A stretch of DNA of 64,000 bases from the NCBI GenBank assembly GCA_963792585.1, contig CAWBWI010000004.1, positions 224,001-288,000 on the forward strand, written 5' to 3'. The DNA is from Candidatus Eiseniibacteriota bacterium. Lineage in GTDB: Bacteria > Eisenbacteria > RBG-16-71-46 > CAIMUX01 > VGJL01. Below are positions 51,648 to 62,197 of the stretch, one piece after another. Below the pieces are notes generated by a model. That model ran no database searches, was not told where the DNA came from, and saw only the letters and a list, made by a program, of their open reading frames with translations. Position numbers and translations under genes: made by a program. Numbering within the stretch: position 1 is the stretch's first letter; every line of letters begins with the position of its first letter.

Positions 51648-52204
51648 CGAATCCGCGTGATCGAAGGCGCGTCGAGTGTACCACGGGCGCGGGCCGGGCG
51701 GATAGCATCTGATTCAGCGGGGCTACCTGCACCTGTCTGCACGAGGCAAGGATGGCACGGGGGGGATGACAGCCGTTGACGTAGGGGTGGACGCCTATTC
51801 TTCTCGAAACCCTATCCGAGGAGGACGAACAAGGGACCGATTGTGGCTATCACGGCACCTCGGGGCGCATCGGGAGCGCCACGAGTGTCCCGGCAAGGGC
51901 GCTAAGAGCGGCCTTCCTGGGGCTGTCAGATCGGGTCACGGCGGGGACTGGCTCTCTCTCTGTTTCGTCAACGTGGATGATCTGAACGTGCCCATCGGGG
52001 AGCATGTGGACCCGCGCTACTACGCACCATCTGCTGTCGTTCATGCCGCCCTCCGCTTGTTCCTCTGTGCGCTGTTCCTCGAACTTGGCGATCCGCGTCT
52101 CGAGATCGGCCAACTCGCGGACCCTCAGGAGCGCATCAACCCATCGCCTCGCCGCCGGTGCCTTGCCCTGCTTGTGGACGTCGCAGCCCCTTGGTCCCGA
52201 TAGT

Positions 52205-52366
52205 TCACTTCTTCTTCGTGGAGACCGCGAAGCTCGTGATCTTCTGCCGTACCTTGGAGGACTTGCACTCCGGACACTTGATCTTGGCTGTGTCGTGCTT
52301 GACCATCCCCATCGTTATCGTGAAGTTCTTCCCGCAAGCCTCGCACTTGTAGGCATACTCGGACAT
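52205..52366 (-). CDS. FmdB-family zinc-ribbon protein
   Basis: MSEYAYKCEACGKNF...CPECKSSKVRQKITSF. AAGGAGG SD. Confidence 0.85.
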   Translation of the reverse strand: MSEYAYKCEACGKNFTITMGMVKHDTAKIKCPECKSSKVRQKITSFAVSTKKK

Positions 52367-52478
52367 GACAAGACCTCCTTGGCAGACGAGAATCGGCGCG
52401 GTGGTCAATGTGGCGACTCGATCATAGCACGGGAGGGGTGTGGCAGGAGCATCGTCGGGCCGGGATCCGCGCGTCGAT

Positions 52479-52601
52479 CTACTCCAGAATCTCCAGGACC
52501 ACCCGCCTGTCCTCCTTCGCCGCGACGCCGCTCAGAATCGTCCGCAGCGCCTTCAGGGTGTGCCCGTGCTTCCCAATGACCTTGCCAAGATCGCCCTGGC
52601 C
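52479..52601 (-). pseudogene. khpA: KhpA/YlqC KH-domain protein, C-terminal fragment
   Basis: [40 protein letters not shown]. In-frame TGA immediately upstream and no N-terminal half. Confidence 0.75.
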
Positions 52602-53267
52602 TCAGCCGTCATCCCTGTCGCAACCGCAACCAGACCGAGGAATGCGACAGTGATCTGCCCCAGACACCCGCTGACGCGTGTGCGCTCGAAGCGGGGACCG
52701 TCGTCTGGATCTGATTGAGCATCTTCGTGGCCCCGCGCCGTTGACTTCACGCGAGCCAAGTACTCTGATCCGCCTCCGAGCGGCACATCCTCAAGTTTCC
52801 CTGAGGAACGGGCTGCCAGAATGTAGCTGTACTCCGGGTCAGCGAAGAATCTGGGACGAATAGTCCCTGTCGCTTCTATGAGCTCCATCCCGCTTGATGC
52901 GATTGTGGTTACGCCGGTTCGCTGAAGAGGCTGCTCGATCGGGATAGAGGCTCATCGAGCGTCGGTAGACAGCTCCCCTGGCCGTGTCCTGCGTTTCGCC
53001 CTTCCTGACCGGGCGCGGCGGCCCGGCGCTGCTTCAGATGTCGGTGGGTGCGGCTTCCCGGCAGGTGGGAACGAAAATGGCGTCATGGGCTGCCTCCGCA
53101 ACACCCACAACGCCTTCCGCTTTGTGGCCGGGCCGCTGTCTGGTGATATGTACCGATGCGGTGCGTTCACCGCGATGAATCAGTTTCTACGCGGGGAGCG
53201 GGAGCGTGTCAAGGGCGACCCGAGAAGCATCTGCTTCCCAGGCCGCCCCGATTCGCATGCCATCAGT

Positions 53268-54575
53268 CTACCGGTAACTCGCCTTGATCCGACCCCAGGT
53301 AGTCGCCTGGATCGGCGTAGGCTCACACTCATTCGGGTCACAGTTGGTCCCGTTCCCCATGTAGTTCCCGCCCTGGTCGCCGCACGCTGACTGTCCAAGG
53401 ACGAGGCACGGTCCATCCCCGAAGCAGCAAGCACCAGTCGGTAGAGCGCCGCAACCCTGCCCGAGGGCACCTATGAGTTCACCGCAAGGGCTATTCTCGG
53501 CAAGACATGGGGAATCCTCGCGAAGACTATAGTCCGACAAATGAGCTTCATAGCAGTCGAATTCTAAGCAGTACATTGGATCATCCCATACCTGCTCGCC
53601 CACGAATCCGATGCTCCATAAGGTGACACCGGTACTATCAACGGCGCAGCACTCCACCCGGCCAATGGCCCCTTCCCAGACATTGAGATCGAACTGACCG
53701 CATTCAGTGAAGTTATCTCGTACTACCGACCGCTGCGCATCCAGGCTCCCCGATCGCACTTCAACCCCACCTGCATTTCCTGCCAGGGTGCTGCGGATGA
53801 TATGGGCATTAGCTTCTGCGCCATCAATTGCAATCCCGCCGATTCCTCCAGCCTGTCTTCCGAAGTTGTAGGTCACCAGTGACTCCTCGAGCCGCAGCTC
53901 CCCCGCATCCGACACCATTACACCCCCCGCCATCCCTCCATTGCAGTCGCGGATCACGCAACGGTCGATCGTGAGTCGCCCGCGCCCTGTTACCTCAGCG
54001 CCGCCGCCACTTTCACGGATCGTGCAGGTCACCAACCGCACACTGGCCATCCCATGGACGCCAACAGCAGGAATGACGTTCTCCTCGATCAAACAATCCG
54101 TCACGACTACAGAGGCATCTCCACCCGCAAGGATGGCTCCATTCAACGGCGGCGGTGGATCTCCATACGCAAAGGAATAGCCCGTCATATGGCAGCCGTT
54201 GATCCTCAGAGTGCAGTTTCCACTCGCACAAACCGCACAACCAGAACCTGTGTCGAGGGTGAATCCATCGACTAGGGCAACGGCATTGTCCGAACCACCA
54301 ACCCAGACACTCCCACCGACCACTCTCGTGCTGATTGCACCCGACTCACCTAGCAATACAACATCCCAATCAGGGAAGGATATTTCCTGATTCCCCTCAC
54401 CTTGATGGACCCCGCTCCTAACCAGAACAGTGTCCCCCTCTTCCGCCGCCGTCAGCCCTGCCTGGATCGTAGGATACTGGTCGGGCACAATGCGAAGTAC
54501 AGCCTGCGCCGACTGCCCGACGAATAGCACCAGGGGGACCACGCCCCACGAACAAAGACGCTTCCGGCCGCTCAT
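53268..54575 (-). CDS. Secreted right-handed beta-helix protein with GACC module and TTWG motif
   Basis: VPDQYPTIQAGL...GDTVLV, DYSLREDSPCL...LIGALGQGC. Ends PTPIQATTWGRIKASYR*. AAGGAGGAG SD. Confidence 0.87.
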   Translation of the reverse strand: MSGRKRLCSWGVVPLVLFVGQSAQAVLRIVPDQYPTIQAGLTAAEEGDTVLVRSGVHQGEGNQEISFPDWDVVLLGESGAISTRVVGGSVWVGGSDNAVALVDGFTLDTGSGCAVCASGNCTLRINGCHMTGYSFAYGDPPPPLNGAILAGGDASVVVTDCLIEENVIPAVGVHGMASVRLVTCTIRESGGGAEVTGRGRLTIDRCVIRDCNGGMAGGVMVSDAGELRLEESLVTYNFGRQAGGIGGIAIDGAEANAHIIRSTLAGNAGGVEVRSGSLDAQRSVVRDNFTECGQFDLNVWEGAIGRVECCAVDSTGVTLWSIGFVGEQVWDDPMYCLEFDCYEAHLSDYSLREDSPCLAENSPCGELIGALGQGCGALPTGACCFGDGPCLVLGQSACGDQGGNYMGNGTNCDPNECEPTPIQATTWGRIKASYR

Positions 54576-54879
54576 CTGCCCGCTCCTCCTTCAATGACGA
54601 TGGGGACGGTCTTTCTCTTCGTCCCCACCCGAAGCTGAGCGAAGTAGACCCCCCGCAACTCTGATGCCTCCATCGGTCTTTCCGTCCCACGCCACGTCCT
54701 TCACGCCATTAACTATCGCTCCACGCAACAAGGAGGCGAATCTTCGCGGTTCGCACCATCACTGTTATCTCGAGCGCGCGCTTTGGTGTCGGCATATCCG
54801 CTGGAAAGGATGCTGAGGAAGTGTGGTCCAGACCTGGTCGGGGATGGGTGCTAGGGCCTAGAGTTGGGGGCCAGGACGC

Positions 54880-55070
54880 AGATGCCCCTCGGCCCACTCG
54901 GCGGAGGGGCTTCCAGTAGGCGCAATGAGAATCTGCGACCTGCATGCTCGACTCCAGAACCTCGATCCCACGTGAACTGGCCCGCGCAAGTCGTCGCGAT
55001 GAGGCGGCGTATGCGTCTGGAGAAGACGCAACGAGGATACCGCGATCACGGAGGGAGCGCCAGCGGCATT
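54880..55070. repeat. Intergenic repeat B, copy 2
   Basis: Similar to 38486-38676. Directly abuts repeat A copy 4. Confidence 0.85.
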
Positions 55071-55076
55071 TGATGA

Positions 55077-55153
55077 GCGTTCGCCACGACCGCACAGTTT
55101 CGTCAACCGTCCTCAGCGGGCATCGCTCATGCTGAGAGCGTCCACCACTCGGC
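55077..55153. repeat. Intergenic repeat A, copy 4
   Basis: GCGTTCGCCACGAC...CAGTTTCGTCAACCGTCCTCAGCGGGCATCGCTCATGCTGAGAGCGTCCACCACTCGG. Confidence 0.8.
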
Positions 55154-55430
55154 CGCGATCCTCGACGATGAGGGCGCGTTGCGCCTGAAACGAGGAGATC
55201 AGGGCACGGATAATGGTGAAGAGCAAGGCGGGAAGGCTATCGTAGATCTGCGCGTAACTGCAAGCCAAGCGGCGAGGACGGAGTTTTTCAGAAGCCATAG
55301 CTCTTTCATGCCGCAAGTGTGTGCCACGCGCTGCCCTTAGCGCACGGACGGCTCGGGTCTGAAACCACCGACCGACTGGGCTCGCGCTGCGCACCCCGCG
55401 CGTTCGCGCGCGTGTTAGACACCACCTATT

Positions 55431-56270
55431 CTAATTGCGGTATCGCGCCTTTACTGCGCCCCACGTTGTCTCAATGACCGGGACGGGTCCATCCACCTCC
55501 ACCCGGAACTCATCGAGGCTCCACTCTGTCCAGTCGTCGGCCCATAAGTACCAGTAGATCGGGGCATTTCCGAAGAGGACGGCGGTCGGTCTCAATGAAG
55601 TCGTGACCGGACCGTAGATGACCTGACCGTCGACGAGGATCGCGGCCGATGTCCCGACGTACACCACCTTGACCTCATGAGGAGCGGTCGGGTCGACCGG
55701 TACAATCCCCACCAGGTCGAACGAGCCGTCGAGAGCCGTGTTGATCCGGAGCCCCCCTTGCGCAGCGTCGGTCCCCATATGCAGTACGACATCTTCCGGG
55801 TGTCCATGGGGCAGACGGTCCCCGACGGGCTCCGTGTCCTGCGATCGAAAGACTGCGAGGCCACTGCCATATGGCGCGAGGTGGTCGTAGCGCAATCGCA
55901 GCGTGAAAGAGAAATCTCCTGAGGTTGGGAACACCAGCACGGACCCGGGGAGCCTGGAATACAGGATTGGGTATGCTCGTTCATTACTCGAGGAGAAGTG
56001 CATCCATCCATCAGATAGGGTCGCACTGCCGTACGGCGCGTGGATGGCGATATCGTGGCACTCGACTCCCTCATCGACCCAAGACCCGGGCCCCCAATAG
56101 TCGTCCGTCTCCTGACACCAGCGCGGACCGCTGGTCAGGATCTCGGTGCGCCAGACTGAGGGGTCCAGGTTTGGTCCGTTGAACTGCTCCTCGAAGAAGA
56201 TGTCGGCGGCCGCCATCGATGCGATCGACAGCAGGCTGGTGAACACGAATAGGCCGATGATCGGCTTCAA
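55431..56270 (-). CDS. Secreted ConA/LamG-like beta-sandwich protein with TTWG motif
   Basis: TTG start after GGAGG. Signal peptide. FFEEQFNGPNLD..W, ILVDGQ, LDEFRV. Ends PVPVIETTWGAVKARYRN*. Confidence 0.78.
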   Translation of the reverse strand: MKPIIGLFVFTSLLSIASMAAADIFFEEQFNGPNLDPSVWRTEILTSGPRWCQETDDYWGPGSWVDEGVECHDIAIHAPYGSATLSDGWMHFSSSNERAYPILYSRLPGSVLVFPTSGDFSFTLRLRYDHLAPYGSGLAVFRSQDTEPVGDRLPHGHPEDVVLHMGTDAAQGGLRINTALDGSFDLVGIVPVDPTAPHEVKVVYVGTSAAILVDGQVIYGPVTTSLRPTAVLFGNAPIYWYLWADDWTEWSLDEFRVEVDGPVPVIETTWGAVKARYRN

Positions 56271-56552
56271 GAAACACCTCCATATGCTTGGGTGGCAAAG
56301 CCATGGACTGGCACTGTGTCCGGGACCGTTTGTCGCGGAGGGAGGCAAGGCCGAAGGGAAACGTGCGGTTGCGGCCGCATCTCAGCGTCTCCTTTGTCGG
56401 AGCACGGATTCGACGCATCACCGTCTCGACCTGTTTGCGCAAGAGGATTCTACGCCCCGCGAGCACTCATGTCCAAGCAGGAGATCGGGATCTGCTCTCT
56501 CGAAGCCTGGCCGAGCACCAGGTATCCCGCCCGGCATGTCCCGACCGCATCG

Positions 56553-56627
56553 GTGTTCACCACGAGCGCGCAGTTTCGTGAAGCGCCCGCAGCGGGCACC
56601 GCTCATGCCGAGAGCGTCCACCACTCG
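56553..56627. repeat. Intergenic repeat A, copy 5
   Basis: GTGTTCACCACGAGCGCGCAGTTTCGTGAAGCGCCCGCAGCGGGCACCGCTCATGCCGAGAGCGTCCACCACTCG. Confidence 0.8.
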
Positions 56628-56715
56628 ACCAACAGAGAGAGTGCCACAGAGAGTTACGCCCTCTCACGCCCCAATTTCGCGGCGGTTCACAGCGATCGCG
56701 CTCGACACAGTTCGC

Positions 56716-56888
56716 AAACAGAGAATCCGCATCGTCGTGCCACGCGCGCAACACGCACGCGTTTCTGCGGATAACAAGGAGCGCCGGAGGCATCAACCAC
56801 CGAGGCTCCGTCCACCACTCTCGCCACGATAAGCTCGTGGCCTGCTTGTCTGGCTCCCCGGAGAGGACAGATTACGAACGGTTCTCTC
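56716..56888. repeat. Intergenic repeat C
   Basis: CAAACAGAGAATC...CACGCGCGCAACA...CTGCGGATAAC...GGCATCAACCACCGAGGCTCCGT shared with 62063-62175. Confidence 0.8.
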
Positions 56889-56917
56889 CTGTCGCGGCCC
56901 TCGAAGCGCCAGGTCTC

Positions 56918-59900
56918 TCAGTTGATCCGTATCACTCCCCTCCTCCAGCACTTCTCCCCAGCACTCAGGCGCAGGAAATACACACCCGGGGCGACCTGAC
57001 CTCCGCCTGATCCTCGGCCATCCCACGCGAGGGAGTGCGTCCCTGCAGCCACTACCCCAAGATCCAGGGTTCGAATCGTCCGACCGGCGGCATCAAAGAC
57101 ATCCAGACGCGCCGGCCCCGCATTCGATAGGCGATACCATAGTACCGCTGAGGTCGAGGATGGGTTTGGAACCACGCCAAGGATTCCCTCCCCGCCTACT
57201 GCAGCGATGGCAGGAATGCCTGACACCGGACACGGATTCGGATCACAGGTCGTCCATTCAGGATGCCAGACATTGGGGGCAACGCAGGCCGCCTGAGTGG
57301 TCATGGCGCATGTCTCTGCTACCGGATTGCAGCAGGCGCCGACCTGCGGACAGGGGTTCGGGGTGCAGGTCGCCCACTCCCCGTGCCAGACGTTTGGAGC
57401 AACACACTCAAGCGACGTCGTCATTGTACAGGCTCCGGTTGTCGGGTTACAGCACGCACCCTGTGGCTGTGGACAGGGATTCGGCGCACAAGTCGTCCAC
57501 TCCCCGTGCCATACATTCGGAGCGACACACTCAGGTGGCGTTGTGACTGTGCACACCCCAGTCGTCGGGCTACAGCACGCGCCTTGTGGCTGTGGACACG
57601 GGTTCGGCGCACAGGTCGTCCATTCCCCGTGCCAGACGTAGCCGCAGTTCGCCTGGGTCGTAACCGTACATGTGCCCGTGGCCGGATTGCAGCAGGCCCC
57701 AACCGCGGGGACCAAACCCAGACTGCGATAGGCGCCCGCCGCGACCGCTACGAAGCCGGCGTTCGGTGTGGGGACATGGGACTCGCCGTAGTAGTTCGTC
57801 CCCCATGCCACGATCCTTCCATCGGCCTTGAGACCCAGACTGTGACGAAACCCCGCAGTGACTGCGATGAAGCTGGTATTAGGCTCCGGAACGTTACACT
57901 CACCGGAACCGTTGTACCCCCAAGCGATGATCGAGCCATCGGATTTCAGGCCCAAACTGTGATACTGACCCCCAGCGACCGCTACGAAGCCGGTGTTCGG
58001 CGCGGGGACGTAGCACTGGCCAAACCAGTCGAGACCCCATGCCACGATCGTCCCGTTGGACTTCAGGCCCAGACTGTGATAGTTGCCCGCCGCAACTGCC
58101 ACGAATCCGGCGTTTGGCGCGGGGACGTAGCACTCGCCGCTGAAGTTGTTGCCCCATGCCACGATCGTCCCGTTGGACTTCAGGCCCAGACTTTGACTGG
58201 TGCCCGCTGCGACCGCCACGAAGTCGGCGTTCAACGCGGGGACGTTGCACTGGCCGTAGTCGTTGAGCCCCCACGCCACGATGGACCCATCGGCTTTGAG
58301 AGCCAAGCTGTGAGCCCCTCCCCCCGCGATCGCTACGAAGTCCGCGTTCGGCGCGGGGACGTTGCACTGGCCGTAGTCGTTGAGCCCCCATGCCACGATC
58401 GTCCCGTCGGACTTGAGACCAAGACTGTGCTCATTGCATCCATTGATCGCCACGAAGTCGGCGTTGGGCGCCGGCACATCGCACCCGCCGTTGTCGTTCT
58501 TCCCCCATGCCACGATCGAGCTGCCGCCTGGTTGAGGACATGGATTCGGAAGACAGGACGTTCCCGGACCCATCCAGACGCTGGGGAACGTGCATAGATT
58601 CTCGGTCACCACTAGGCAATTCCCCGTCACGGGATTGCAGCAGCCGCCGGGTGGACAGGGGCTTGGGTCGCAGCTCGTCGTTCCGCCCCATCCTCCCCCT
58701 CCTTCGGCGCAGGTTGCCTGAGGTAGTTGCTCGCAGTGTCCATCGGGGAAGCAGCAGGCCATCGGAGTGGACGGGCAGGGATTCGGGTCACAAGTGCTTG
58801 GGTATCCGAGCGGAACCCCTCCTTCGGAGAGGCAAACGCGTTCCGTGACGAACTCACAGTGCTCGTCCGGGAAACAGCAGGCCGACGACTCCGGAAGCGT
58901 GATCGACCAGTCGAGCGTGAAGTCCGCGCCCGCGTCTGGGCCGGTGGCGTCGGCGATCAGGTAGTAGGTCCCGGCGGCTCCCACCGTCCATGTGAACGTC
59001 TCCGGCTCCGGATTGTCCGCGCCGACCACACAACTGGCCATATCACCGCAATCGGAGAGGATGTAGATGGATCCATCATATGCTGGAGTCGCATAGACGA
59101 CGTGGACGATGTCGCCGACGACCACGTTCAGTATGTACACGAGATCCCTGCCGTGTGCAGAGTTGCCGGTGCAACCGTTCGTCGGGTTGTAATCGTTGAA
59201 CGCGCCCGCCAGGTTCGCGGCGATCGAGCCGCTGCCGTAGCGGGGCAACTCGATCGCACCCGAGCACAAGTCGTTCGGCGGTCGCGCGCATGGATTTGGG
59301 TTACAGCTCGTATCGATGCCCGATGATCCCCCTCCTTCATCACAGGCAGCCTGGAGACAATTGCTCGCAACGCCCATCGGGAAAGCAGCAGGCCATCGGA
59401 AGCGACGGGCAGGGATTCGGGTCACAAGTGCTCCCGGGTCCCTGGTATGCCCCCCCGAGTTGGGAGCAGTCCACAGGCATGAGGGACTCGCAATGCAAAT
59501 CGGCAAAGCAGCACGCTCCGGGAACCGGAGGAGTTGTATAGAACCGCTGACTGGCGTCAAAAGGGACGCCAATGAGATCCTCAATCCGAATCCAGTCCGG
59601 GTACCCGTAGGCTTCGGAACGAAACGTAGATTGATAGCCGGTCACCTGCCCCGCCGCGAGATGAAACCAACTCGGCGGGATCGCATGGTCGCACGCTTGG
59701 GCCGAGAACCAGTATGACCCTACCCCAATATCCGCCGACACGGATGCGTGATACTCGTAGACTCTTGCGCCCTCGGGGCCCTGGCCTACATCGATCGTCC
59801 ACGTCGGGGTGGATTCGAGATACTCGGCCACGATGGAACCCGGAACACCACCAGCGTCAGAGTAGAACCGCAAGTTGAATGCAGTGACATTTGGTTCGCC

Positions 59901-60218
59901 TTCTCCGTTTTCGTACACTCCCCACCACACGGCTTCAAGGATGGTCGTTTGCGCCGAAGAGTAGAAGTCGTTTGCGACTTCGGTCTCGGTCCCATAGACA
60001 GCATTGATCTCTGACATCAGCGCCGATCCGTTGAGATCCGGAGGCTCGTCCCACCATCCGTCCCGATCCCCGAGCATCACCGCCGGCGGCCCGCTGCCGC
60101 GATGCGCGAGCCCAAGCGTCGGGGGACCGGCAATTCCAACTGCCGGACAGAGCATCACGAAGATCAAGCAGAGACCCAAACTGAGGAATCCGACCCGCGA
60201 CGACCCTTGGTTCTTCAT
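56918..60218 (-). CDS. Secreted modular protein: shared N-terminal domain, PPC-like domain, Cys modules, 7 RCC1 repeats, 4 GACC modules, FlgD-Ig CTD, frameshift at ~59352
   Basis: ORFs 59340-60278 and 56918-59584 join on removal of one base (EQLS-QAACDEGG). PPNDLC...GTYYLIAD domain. Confidence 0.85.
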
Positions 60219-60682
60219 CTGACGGCCCCTTTCCCTCTGTCCCAGTCGGTTCCGAGCAGCATGACGCCACGCGTCCAAGTGGATGGATTATCTCGGGTGA
60301 ACGGACGATCACCGGCTCCACTGCTCGTACTCATCGGAAATCAATGGGATCAAGTGCGCGGATCTCACAGTAAGTGCCCTTCCGGTCGCGTCCGCGTAGT
60401 TGAAGGCGGAATAAGTATACTCCCGCATGGGGTGGAAGGCGCATATTGTAGTGGAGGAGGCTTGCTCTATTCCGGACGCCACCCAAGAAGGCTGACCCAG
60501 GGATCTGCCGCCCCAGGCGATGATTGCGGGGTCTCCGGCTGGTTGGTCGGTGCGTCGGGGTGGAATACTTCCGATCGTGGCCACCGCTGTTCCAACACGT
60601 CCCATTCACGCATCCGTGGATCGCTCATCGTGGCGGCGACTCGCAAACTGAGGGGGACGCTCCCTATCGGGCCAAGATCACC
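60219..60682. repeat. Duplicated upstream block, copy 2
   Basis: Similar to 50215-50680. Ends with an orphan VILAR* FlgD terminus at 60664-60681. Confidence 0.9.
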
Positions 60683-62056
60683 TGTGCTTCACGAGAATCC
60701 CTGCAGCCGCTCCCCCAGACAGATCTGCCGCCAATCCGTGATACGCTCAGCGACCTCATGGAAACACTTCTATCCGGACTGCTCAGATTCCTCCGCGCGA
60801 TTCTCCAGTCGAGGACAACTCTGGCCTTGGAGAACGCCGCCCTGCGCCAACAACTCACGATCTACGAACGCTCTCAGAGGCATGTTCGGCTCCGAAGTGA
60901 AGATCGACTCTTCTGGATCTTTCTGCGCCGACTCTGGTCGGGCTGGGATCGGACCCTGATCGTCGTCAAGCCCGAGACCGTGATCGCATGGCATCGACGA
61001 GGCTTCAAACTCTTCTGGAGGAGGAAGTCGGGGCCGTCCGTAGGCCGACCGAAGATCCCACGGAGTCACATCCGATACATCCAGCGCATCTCGGGCGACC
61101 ACCCGGAGTGGGGCGAGGACAGGATCGCCGAAGAACTTGTCGCCAAGTTCGGAGTCTCACACTCGTCCAGCACCATCCGTCGGTACATGGTTCCACGCGA
61201 GCGACCGCCCCGCGCAGAAGCAGACCTGGCGCACCTTCATTCAGTAACCATGCCGGGCAGGTGTGGGCCTGCGACTTCCTCACCCAGTACACGGCTTTCT
61301 ATGCCGTCATCCACGTCTTCGTCATCATGGAGGTCGGATCGCGGCGGATCGTCCATGCCAACGTCACGAGCAACCCGACATTGTCATGGGTGAAGCAGCA
61401 GTTCCGGGAGGCGACGGCCGATGGCCAGATGCTCCGCGCTTCCTCGTCCACGACAACGGCGGAATCTACCGGCAGTGGGGGAAGCCCCTGGTCGTGGAGG
61501 AGGAAGGCCGGAGCCGCAGCTACCGATGCCATCTCGATCTCTGGTTGGACCAAGTCATGGGTATCGAGGGGCTGCCGATTCCCTACGGAGCGCCGAACGC
61601 GTCGCCCCACATCGAACGGTTCATGAGGACGCTACGGCAAGAGGCGCTGGACCACTTCATCTTCCTCAGTGCCGATCACATCCGTCGAGTCGTCAGCGAG
61701 TACGTCCGTTACTACAACGGGGCGCGCCCGTCGCAGGCGATTCACGGGATTCCCGATCCATACCCGGAGCTACGGCAGCCACCACCGACCGCGGGACGAT
61801 TGGTTGCCCTCCCCATCCTGGGTGGCGTCCAGCACGACTACCGGTTGGTCGCGTAGCTCTCTTTCGTCCGTTCGGCCACGCTCAATCGCGAGGGATAACT
61901 ACGCCCCGGCCGGTCGGAAATCTCCTCGACGCGCTCGCACTTGCTTTTCGGAGCGCCTCGAGAGCATGGATCGTTGCCCTGCTACGTCCCAAGAACATCC
62001 AAGCCGACGATAATCAGGTTAGTCCGCCAAGGCGCATGGAGTTTTCTCGGAGTACG
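60683..62056 (+). mobile_element. IS481/IS3-like insertion sequence, DDE transposase 60758-61856 with three frameshifts
   Basis: ALENAALRQQL, VKPETVIAWHRRGFKLFW, WGEDRIAEEL, ACDF (D), RFLVHD (D), PHIERF (E), YYNGARP, LGGVQHDYR. Left end TGTGCTTC. Imperfect IR near 62038-62056. Confidence 0.85.
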
Positions 62057-62062
62057 GGTTTC

Positions 62063-62175
62063 CAAACAGAGAATCGGCCCGGCGGAGGCACGCGCGCAAC
62101 AGGCGCGCAGCTCTGCGGATAACGAAGAGCCCCGATGGCATCAACCACCGAGGCTCCGTTCACCGCTCTGATCAC
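62063..62175. repeat. Intergenic repeat C, copy abutting the IS
   Basis: Similar to 56716-56830. Confidence 0.8.
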
Positions 62176-62197
62176 GCGCAGGTCATGCAGCGGGGCC

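Noticed and set aside
56729..56745. Sigma54-like TGGCACGACGATGC on the minus strand in repeat C
   Set aside because: GG-to-GC spacing is 9 rather than 10 nt, and the motif is not conserved in the 62.1 kb copy.
43555..58525. Diversity-generating retroelement acting on the RCC1 repeats
   Set aside because: No reverse transcriptase or non-coding template repeat seen, and differences between repeats are not obviously adenine-restricted.
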